A DNA stretch of 8,021 nucleotides from Octopus sinensis (Eukaryota). The stretch's first letter is position 1. Each line of letters opens with the position of its first letter. The stretch is from the NCBI RefSeq assembly GCF_006345805.1, contig NW_021828655.1:1-8021 (forward strand). The letters run 5' to 3'. Positions 1 through 7,780 of the stretch are shown here, in pieces. A model generated the notes under the pieces. It made no database searches. It was not told the origin of the DNA and was given only the letters and a program-made list of their open reading frames with translations. The position numbers were made by a program, and so were the translations under genes.

Positions 1-48
1 GTAACCAGTTCAAGACACTTTTATATCATACATATTCCTTGTATATAT

Positions 49-233
49 CTTATTTATTTACTGCCCACAAGGGGCTGCACACAGAGGGGAACAAAAACAA
101 GGACAGACAACGGATTAAGTCGATTGTATCGACCCCAATGCGTAACTGGTACTTATTTAATCGACCCCGAAAGGATGAAAAGCAAAGTCGACCTCGACGG
201 AATTTGAACTCAGAACGTAGCAGCAGACGAAAT
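49..233 (-). mobile_element. tRNA-derived SINE (family C here), 5'-truncated copy in tandem with 236-468
   Basis: Aligns by eye at roughly 85-90% with 236-418. Retains the B box GTTCAAATTCC (plus strand 199-209) but lacks the A-box half of the head. Confidence 0.85.
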
Positions 234-235
234 GT

Positions 236-468
236 CTATTTCTTTACTACCCACAAGGGGCTAAACTCAGAGAGGACAAACAAGGACAGACAAACGAATT
301 GAGTCGATTACATCGACCCCAGTGCGTAACTGGTACTTATTTTATCGACCTCGAAAGGATGAAAGGCAAAGTCGACCTCGGGGGAATTTGAACTCAGAAC
401 GTAACGGCAGACGAAATACGGCTACGCATTTCGCCCGACGTGCTAACGTTTCTGCCAGCTCGCTGCCT
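236..468 (-). mobile_element. tRNA-derived SINE (family C), full length, Octopus-type
   Basis: Minus strand: GGCAGCGAGC-TGGCAGAAACG (A-box-like, plus 447-457), then GTTCAAATTCC (B box, plus 383-393), a core GTCGACTTTGCCTTTCATCCTTTCGAGGTCGATAAAATAAGTACCAG, and a tail ending AAAGAAATAG. Confidence 0.88.
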
Positions 469-469
469 T

Positions 470-965
470 AAAACATTGACACTTACAACGAAGACTACCA
501 AGCCGTGGCCAGCAGGAAAAGAACACAACAAGCATTATGACTGCGTGCACACGCCGGAGTTCATCCCCGTATCTTTGAACAGGGCCTTCGGCTCAATTCA
601 AATGGCCAAGCGAGGCTGCTGGAAACTAGTCAAACCCTGGCTGGAGAGGATTGCTGTTAGAAGGCCACAGGTGTAACAGCAGGATTTTGCTCCTTGCCAT
701 ACCTCCTGAAAGAGTCAGAAGTGGTTGCCGGAGAATTCCTACAACTTCATCAGCCCCAAATTCCGGCCTCCTAATTTCCTCCTATTACAATCCCTTGGAT
801 TGCTATGTGTGTGTGGAGCACCGTTGGGAAAGACATCAACCGACTGTCTACAACACCAAGGCCGAGCTAGTCGCCAAAATCAAAGACACAGTGAGGAACG
901 CATGCAACTGGTTTCGAAGCCGTGTTGAAACCGTGATGGAAGCTGAGAGCGGCTACGCTGAGTAA
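470..965 (+). pseudogene. Decayed Tc1/mariner transposase, DD37D (maT/Bmmar1-like), internally deleted
   Basis: Reconstruction across stops and frameshifts: DYQAVASRK/EHNKHYDCVHTPEFI, deletion, then RIFEQGLRLNSNGQARLLET/VKPWLERIAVRRPQV*QQDFAPCHTS*KSQKWLPENSYNFISPKFRPPN/SSYYNPLDCY/VWSTVGKDINRL/YNTKAELVAKIKDTVRNACNWFRSRVETVMEAESGYAE*. The second Asp (683-685) and third Asp (798-800) are separated by 112 nt, i.e. 37 codons plus 1 inserted base. Confidence 0.88.
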
Positions 966-1061
966 GCAGTTATCTCCCAGCCATAATCTAGTTGAAAGTT
1001 GCTGGCTTTTGAAAATACTTTCATTTTTGTACGAAATGTTGTATTTTCTTTTCCTTTCAAA

Positions 1062-1088
1062 CTGTCAAATTAAACCCGAATACCTATA
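1062..1088 (-). repeat. Candidate right terminal inverted repeat of the DD37D element plus TA target dinucleotide
   Basis: Reverse complement reads TA|TAGGTATTCGGGTTTAATTTGACAG. It lies ~100 nt after the transposase stop and abuts a TA. No partner TIR is visible in the window. Confidence 0.4.
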
Positions 1089-1096
1089 TAAACTGT

Positions 1097-1893
1097 ACAT
1101 ACATGTAAGTGTGTATGTATGTATGTATGTATGTATGCATGCATGCATGCATGCATGTATGTATGTATGTGTGTATGTATGTATGCATGCATGCATGTAT
1201 GTATGCATGTAGGTATGTATGCATGTATGTATGTATGTATGTATGTGTTTATGTATGTATGTATGTATGTATGTATGTGTGTATGTATGTATGCATGCAT
1301 ACATGTATGTATGTATGTATGTATGTATGTATGTATGTATGTATGCCTATGTGTTTGTATGTATGCATGTATGTATGTATGTACGTATGTAGGTATGTAT
1401 GCATCTATGTATGTATGTATGTATGCATGTATGTGTGTATGCATGTATGCATGTATGTATGTATGTATGTATGTATGCATGCATATATGTATGTATGCAT
1501 ATGTGTTTGTATGTATGCATGCATGCATATATGTATGTATGCATATGTGTTTGTATGTATGCATGCATGTATGCATGTATGTATGTATATATGTATGTGT
1601 GTATGCATGTATGCATGTATGTATGTATGTATGTGTGTATGTATGTATGTATGCATGCATGCATGTATGTATGTATGCATATGTGTTTGTATGTATGCAT
1701 GTATGCATGCATGCATGCATGTATGTATGTATGTATATACGCATGCATGTATGTATGTATGTATGTATGTATGCATGCATGCATGCATGTATGTATGTAT
1801 GTATGTATGTATGTATGCATGTATGTATGCATGTATGTATGTATGTATGTATGTATATAGATGTATATATATGTATGTATGTATGTATGCATA
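1097..1893 (+). repeat. (ATGT)n microsatellite with ATGC/GT variants
   Basis: Direct reading, ~800 bp. The variant block GCATATGTGTTTGTATGTATGCAT recurs near 1497, 1541 and 1677. Confidence 0.98.
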
Positions 1894-2131
1894 AATGAAT
1901 GTATGATTTTTCTTTGTGCTTTATTTAAGTTCTTCTTGAGAGTTCAAACCGGGCGCTAACAAAGCAACAATACTTTTCCAGTTAAGAGAGTTCCCAGTAT
2001 TCGTAAATGTGCGGTTGAGTTGGTGTGTTGATTGAACTGCCGATGCATACACCTAAGTGTGTGCATCTATTCACAATACAAACCTCACATGGAGAATTGC
2101 TGGAATGTCTTACAAATTTTCCCTGTACCAC

Positions 2132-2299
2132 TAATAGTTTCTTTTGCTCTTTACCCGTGAGACCTAGTGTTTCTAGGTTTTTGTGCAACTTGGTTGGTAC
2201 GTAACCTAATGCACCTATGACGATAGGTACGAATGAGAATTCATTGCCAGGGTGCAAGAACTGTAAGTTCCGCATTAGTTCGCCATAAATGCTGTTTTG
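2132..2299 (-). mobile_element. C-terminal fragment of an RLE-type non-LTR retrotransposon ORF (R4/Dong-like)
   Basis: Minus frame reads [56 protein letters not shown]. The Y..L.RNLQ...PIVIGALG pattern resembles the end of the restriction-like endonuclease domain in R4-clade elements (recognition from memory). No reverse transcriptase is present. Confidence 0.7.
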
Positions 2300-2485
2300 T
2301 ATGGATGGATGTATGGATGGATGGATGTATGTATGTATGTATGTATGTATGTATGCATGGATGGATGGATGGACGGATGGATGGATGGATGGATAGATGG
2401 ATGGATAGATGGATGGATGGTTGTGTGGATGGATGGATGGGTTGATGGATGGATAGATGGATGGATGGATGGATGGATGGATGGG

Positions 2486-2520
<35 letters not shown>

Positions 2521-2540
2521 ATGGGTGGATGGATAGATGG

Positions 2541-2579
<39 letters not shown>

Positions 2580-2798
2580 TGTGGATGGATGGACGGACGG
2601 ATGGATGGATGGTTGTGTGGCTGGATGGATGGATGGATACATGGATGATGGATAGATGGATGGATGGATGGATGGATGGATGGATGGATACATGGATGAT
2701 GGATAGATGGATGGATGGATGGATGGGTGGGTGGATGTATGTATGTATGTATGTATGTATGTATTTATGTATGTATGTATGTATGTATATATGTTGAC

Positions 2799-2832
<34 letters not shown>

Positions 2833-2852
2833 GTGGATAGATGGATGGATGG

Positions 2853-2891
<39 letters not shown>

Positions 2892-3237
2892 TGTGGATGG
2901 ATGGACGGACGGATGGATGGATGGTTGTGTGGCTGGATGGATGGATGGATACATGGATGATGGATAGATGGATGGATGGATGGATGGATGGATGGATGGA
3001 TGGATACATGGATGATGGATAGATGGATGGATGGGATGGGGACGGATGGATGGATGGAGGATGGATGGTTGTGTGGATGGATGGACGGAGGATGGATGGA
3101 TGGTTGTGTGGCGTGGATGATGGATGGAACCATGGATGATGGATAGATGGATGGATGGATGGATGGATGGATGGATGGATGGATGGATGGATGGATGGAT
3201 GGATGGATGGATACATGGATGATGGATAGATGGATGG

Positions 3238-3273
<36 letters not shown>

Positions 3274-3517
3274 ATGGATGGTTGTGTGGATGGATGGACG
3301 GACGGATGGATGGATGGTTGTGTGGCTGGATGGATGGATGGATACATGGATGATGGATAGATGGATGGATGGATGGATGGATGGATGGATGGATACATGG
3401 ATGATGGATAGATGGATGGATGGATGGATGGATGGATGGATGGGTGGGTGGATGTATGTATGTATGTATGTATGTATGTATGTATTTATGTATGTATGTA
3501 TGTATGTATGTATATAT
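2300..3517 (+). repeat. Compound (ATGG)n/(ATGT)n microsatellite with higher-order repeat units
   Basis: Direct reading, ~1.2 kb. A unit marked by GGTTGTGTGG...GGTTGTGTGGCTGG...GGATACATGGATGATGGATAG starts at 2575, 2887, 3067 and 3280. Confidence 0.98.
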
Positions 3518-3672
3518 GTTGACACTGACATGGCATAGTCTAACAAAAAGTGTAAGTCGAAAAAATATCTTGTGATATTTAGTTCCGTGGTACGTCTCTT
3601 TCCGCCAGAGTGAACATAATTTTATCTTTATGAGAGCACTGGAATATATTCCAGAGAATGTGTTGGCGGCAA

Positions 3673-3743
3673 TGTAATCGACGAAAAGCCTGGAAGGCGA
3701 TGCCTCAGCATACCAGCCATCCAATGACTGGAACGAGAAATAA
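3673..3743 (+). mobile_element. Degenerate SINE 3' tail fragment
   Basis: AAGGCGATGCCTCAGCATACCAGCCATCCAATGACTGGAACGAGAAATAA resembles the family A tail AAGGCGGTGCTCCAGAATGGCCGCAGTCAAATGACTGAAACAAATAAAA at ~7489-7536. Confidence 0.55.
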
Positions 3744-3760
3744 TTTTTTTTTAAAATAAT

Positions 3761-3875
3761 GTCGAGTACTCTGTTACAAAGTTCAACTTATTTTGTAGCA
3801 GTTGATTAACCTACATTTGCGGTGAAAGTGCACATTTTACTTGTGATCCTTATGCGTGGTGTATGGCTATCGTAT
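3761..3875 (+). repeat. 115-bp direct repeat, copy 1 (partner 4599-4713)
   Basis: The 92-nt core (3784-3875 vs 4622-4713) has 1 mismatch. The 23 nt upstream have 5 mismatches. Confidence 0.95.
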
Positions 3876-4460
<585 letters not shown>

Positions 4461-4481
4461 GTATACATACATATATATATA

Positions 4482-4546
4482 TTTATTTATATTTTATATT
4501 TTATCTAGTTTCAGCTCACGAGCAGTGGCCATGCTGGGGCACCGCC
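4482..4546 (-). mobile_element. 5'-truncated SINE tail
   Basis: Minus strand GGCGGTGCCCCAGCATGGCCACTGCTCGTGAGCTGAAACTAGATAAAA is followed by an A-rich run. It is related to the family A tail at ~7491-7536. Confidence 0.75.
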
Positions 4547-4598
4547 AATCATGCTGGGGCATATGGCAACATTTCTAATTTTGGTAGTAATGGATGGA

Positions 4599-4713
4599 GT
4601 CGATTACTCTGTTAGTTAGTCCAACTTATTTTGTAGCAGTTGATTAACCTACATTTGCGGTGAAAGTGCACGTTTTACTTGTGATCCTTATGCGTGGTGT
4701 ATGGCTATCGTAT
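4599..4713 (+). repeat. 115-bp direct repeat, copy 2 (partner 3761-3875)
   Basis: 109/115 identical to copy 1, at an offset of 838 nt. Confidence 0.95.
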
Positions 4714-4836
4714 AGCAAGGCGCTCGAACTTCTATCTTTACTTGTTTGGCATGTGTTTTTATTTCTATGTTAGTAAGGCTGTAACAAATAAGATTTTGTC
4801 TAGTATGTCTGGATGTATTCTCTAGCTGAAGCTTGC

Positions 4837-4865
4837 ATATTATATAATATTATATATATATTATA

Positions 4866-4905
<40 letters not shown>
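4837..4905. repeat. (AT)n microsatellite
   Basis: Direct reading. Confidence 0.97.
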
Positions 4906-4908
<3 letters not shown>

Positions 4909-4917
4909 TGTCTCTCT

Positions 4918-5106
4918 ATGCATACATACATACACGCATACACACATCCATCCATCCATCCATTCATACATCCATCCATCCATCCATCCATCCTACATAC
5001 ATACATACATACACATCGATCCGTGTCCACACACACATGCACATACACATCCATACATGCATATACACGTACACAAACATACAAATATGTTTCTGTCTAC
5101 CAAATT
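4918..5106 (-). repeat. Inverted copy of 6054-6243 (outer arm)
   Basis: Its reverse complement matches 6054-6243. The first 111 nt are identical, and there are 2 substitutions plus 1 indel overall. Confidence 0.95.
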
Positions 5107-5107
5107 T

Positions 5108-5430
5108 TGCTCGTGAAATTAACGTGTAAGTGGCTGAGCACTCCACAGACACGTGCACCCTTAACGTTGTTCTCGGGGATATTCAGCGTGAGACAGAGAG
5201 TGACAAAGCCGGTCCCTTGAAATACAGGTACAACAGAAACAGGAAGTAAGAGTGAGAGAAAGTTGTGGTGAAAGAGTACAGCAGAGATCACCACCATCCC
5301 TGCCGGAGCCTCGTAGAGCTTTTAGGTGTTTTCGCTCAATAAACACTCACAACGCCCGGTCTGGGAATCGAAACCGCGATCCTATGACCGCGAGTCCGCT
5401 GCCATAACCACTGGGCCATTGCGCCTCCAC
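5108..5430 (-). mobile_element. tRNA-derived SINE (family B): head and body intact, distal tail missing
   Basis: A box TGGCCCAGTGG (plus 5408-5418) and B box GGTTTCGATTCC (plus 5364-5375). The body ends at ...TTAATTTCACGAGCA and joins the inverted block at 5106. Confidence 0.88.
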
Positions 5431-5580
5431 AGCCGGCTATTACCGGTAAAGGTTTTAGTTGCCAATTCTGTACAAGACATTGTAGATCTTTAGCTGGGCT
5501 AAAAAGGTCACATTCGATCACAGCACCAGTAACAGTTAAGCTTCGTGCAATGGCCATACTCGATAACGAAGGGGCAGCCA
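5431..5580 (+). mobile_element. 3' end of an RTE-like LINE: C-terminal C2H2 finger, short 3' UTR, (TA)n tail
   Basis: From 5445: GKGFSCQFCTRHCRSLAGLK/SHIRSQHQ* (one extra G at 5506-5507; stop at 5530-5532), giving C-x2-C-x12-H-x4-H. The UTR ends GGCCATACTCGATAACGAAGGGGCAGCCA and is followed directly by (TA)n. The RTE assignment is from remembered family features. Confidence 0.62.
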
Positions 5581-5582
5581 TA

Positions 5583-5632
5583 GTATATATATACATATAT
5601 ATATATATATTATATATATATATATATATATC

Positions 5633-5667
<35 letters not shown>

Positions 5668-5678
5668 TATATAATAAT
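5583..5678. repeat. (TA)n microsatellite
   Basis: Direct reading. Confidence 0.97.
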
Positions 5679-5817
5679 TCACGCTGAATATCCCCGAGAA
5701 CAACGTTAAGGGTGCACGTGTCTGTAGAGTGCTCAGCCACTTACACGTTAATTTCACGAGAGGCTGTTCGTTGATCGAATCAAACCGGAACCCTCGTCGT
5801 CCTAACCGACGGAGTGC
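5679..5817 (+). mobile_element. SINE family B 3' portion (inner inverted arm 5679-5760 plus distal tail)
   Basis: 5679-5760 is the reverse complement of 5110-5191 at 81/82. It continues AGGCTGTTCGTTGATCG...AACCGACGGAGTGC, the tail that is absent from the left copy. Confidence 0.85.
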
Positions 5818-5964
5818 TTCCACCAGAGGTGAAATTGCATATACGCATAAGTGTCAAAAAGTCAATAACAATGTTTGAGAAGAGATTAGTGCTGAGTCTT
5901 TTATCTTTTATCTTTCTTAAGACGATACTGAGGTCTTACTCAAAGTTTTGTTGTCATTTTTGCA

Positions 5965-6071
5965 CCATGGAATTCTGGGGTTAGTTCCTCTGCATGGAAC
6001 CTTGGGCGTGTGTCTTCTACTGTAGCCCCGGACCGACCAAGGCCTTTTGAGTGAATTTGGTAGACAGAAAC
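5965..6071 (+). mobile_element. Degenerate, truncated SINE family A fragment
   Basis: CCATGG...CCTTGGGCGTGTGTCTTCTACTGTAGCCCCGGACCGACCAAGGCCTTTTGAGTGAATTTGGTAGACAGAAAC aligns with 7183-7266. Confidence 0.8.
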
Positions 6072-6760
6072 ATATTTGTATGTTTGTGTACGTGTATATG
6101 CATGTATGGATGTGTATGTGCATGTGTGTGTGGACACGGATCGATGTGTATGTATGTATGTATGGATGGATGGATGGATGGATGGATGGATGGATGAATG
6201 GATGGATGGATGGATGTGTGTATGCGTGTATGTATGTATGCATGGATGGATGGATGGATGGATGAATGGATGGATGGATGGATGTGTGTATGCGTGTATG
6301 TATGTATGTATGCATGTATGTATGTATGTATTTATGTATGTATATATGTATGTATGTATGTATGTAATGTATGTATGTATGTATGTATGTATGTATGTAT
6401 GTATGTATGTATGTGTGTGTATGTATGCATGTATGTATGTATGTATGTATGTATTTATGTAGGTATATATGTATGTATGTATGTATGTAATGTATGTATG
6501 TATGTATGTGTGTGTGTATGTATGCATGTATGTATGTATGTATGTATGCATGTATGTATGCATGTATGTATGTATGTATGCATGTATGTATGTATGTATG
6601 TATGTATGCATGCGTGTATGTATGCAAGTATGTATGTGTGCATGTATGTATGTGTGCATGTATGTATGTATGTATGTATGCATGTATGTATGTATGTATG
6701 TATGTATGTATGTATGTATGTATGTATGTATGTATGTATGTATGTATGTATGCATGTATG
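6072..6760 (+). repeat. Compound (ATGT)n/(ATGG)n microsatellite with internal tandem duplications
   Basis: The block GAATGGATGG...GTGTGTATGCGTGTATG occurs twice (~6196 and ~6264). The block TTTATGTA.GTATATAT...GTAATG occurs twice with a 123-nt period (TAAT at 6365 and 6488). Confidence 0.97.
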
Positions 6761-6764
6761 GGCG

Positions 6765-6990
6765 TACGAGGGAGTGCTGAAGAGTCATTGGCTTTGGTTA
6801 TAACAAAATACAGAAGTTTCAATTAATTATGATTTTATTTAACATGTTCCCCTCTCAGGTTCACATATTTATCCCCGCGATCCTTCAGTTTTCTAAATCG
6901 TATTAAGGAACTCGGAAGGTTGGGCCTCCAGCCAGGCTTTTCGTTACACCCTTAAAGCCAGGAACTTTTCAGCACCCATCCACCAACGTA
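6765..6990 (-). mobile_element. Mariner-derived MITE (~222 bp) flanked by TA, retaining the transposase C-terminus
   Basis: TA at 6765-6766 and 6989-6990. TIRs at 6767-6795 and 6954-6988 match at 19/24 in the inner part, and the right tip is disrupted. Minus strand 6891-6835 reads KLKDRGDKYVNLRGEHVK*, resembling the mariner C-terminus (KL..RW.KCV...GEY.E*). Confidence 0.82.
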
Positions 6991-7017
6991 TGTATGTATA
7001 CATCTATGTATGTATGT

Positions 7018-7758
7018 CGTACGCGGACAGGATACCAAACGCATTTGTGCCGTAGGACAAGCCGAACAAACACAATGCTGGACGGACACAATGTCGAACG
7101 GACAGAAATCCGAACGGACACAAAAATAAAATTAAAAAACATAGGCGCAGGAGTGGCTGTGTGGTAAGTAGTTTGTTTACAACCATGGTTCGGGGTTCAG
7201 TCCCACTGCGTGGACCTTGGGCAAGTGTCTTCTACTATAGCCTCGGGCCGACCAATGCCTTGTGAGTGGATTTGGTAGACGGAAACTGAAAGAAGCCTGT
7301 CGTATATATGTATATATATATATATGCGTGTGTGTGTTTGTGTGCCTGTGTTTGTCCCCCTAGAATTGCTTGACAACCGATGCTGGTGTGTTTATATCCC
7401 CGTTACTTAGCGGTTCGGCAAAAGAGACCGATAGAATAAGTCCCGGGAATACAAGAGAATAAGTCCCGGGGTCGAGTTGCTCGATTAAAGGCGGTGCTCC
7501 AGAATGGCCGCAGTCAAATGACTGAAACAAATAAAAGAGAGAAAAGAGAGAAAGAGAGATTACTACCTACATAGTTTAATGACCAATTCACTAATTAGGC
7601 ACTTAAGATTTAACGAGATTAAATTTTAATTTTCGAATGTCTTTTTGACATCTTGTCCGTTCGACTTTATGTCCATTCGACATTGATGTTCGTTCGGCTT
7701 CATGGCTCCGGCTTCTTGTCCTCCGGCAAAAGTGCATTCGGTATCTCGTCCGCGTACC
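7018..7758. mobile_element. Foldback-type non-autonomous DNA transposon (MITE) with 16-bp subterminal repeats, interrupted by a SINE
   Basis: Terminal arms 7019-7061 and 7715-7757 are inverted at 36/43. There are four 16-bp units at 7062-7125 and about three inverted units at 7649-7697. Superfamily unresolved. Confidence 0.78.
7143..7559 (+). mobile_element. tRNA-derived SINE (family A), full length
   Basis: A box TGGCTGTGTGG (7154-7164), B-box-like GGTTCAGTCCC (7194-7204), internal (AT)n/(GT)n, tail GGCGGTGCTCCAG...GACTGAAACAAATAAAAG and an (A/G)-rich end. Confidence 0.9.
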
Positions 7759-7780
7759 AAGTATGCGTGTATGTATGCAT

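Noticed and set aside
39-302. 87-aa ORF with an internal repeat
   Set aside because: It lies on the antisense strand of the tandem SINE pair, and the repeat reflects the dimer.
383-468. tRNA-like sequences (also 5360-5430 and 7143-7205)
   Set aside because: They have A/B boxes but continue into SINE bodies without a proper acceptor stem, so they are SINE heads rather than tRNA genes.
3512-3560. Minus-strand LCHVSVNI as a continuation of the R4-like ORF across the microsatellite
   Set aside because: Only C...VNI matches the expected motif and the neighbouring residues do not align.
3639-3654. Perfect 16-bp palindrome CTGGAATATATTCCAG
   Set aside because: It is isolated, AT-centred and has no associated structure, so it could be chance.
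5823-5919. Plus-strand frame ...KKSITMFEKRLV... resembling the RTE region upstream of the finger
   Set aside because: The similarity is only a few residues, and the position and orientation do not fit the finger at 5445 under the inversion model.
4918-6243. Outer inverted arms as TIRs of a foldback transposon
   Set aside because: The right arm begins inside a pre-existing SINE fragment and continues seamlessly into microsatellite, and no TSD is visible. A local rearrangement is the simpler explanation.
7062-7125. 16-bp tandem units as a CRISPR-like array
   Set aside because: There are no spacers and no cas genes, the context is eukaryotic, and the units are mirrored at the other end of a MITE.
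7433-7470. 15-bp direct repeat AGAATAAGTCCCGGG inside SINE A; also the 12-bp CATGCTGGGGCA at 4530 and 4550
   Set aside because: The first is a more homogeneous version of an imperfect repeat also present in the minus copy (~7882-7912). The second is a small local duplication at a truncation point. Neither implies function.
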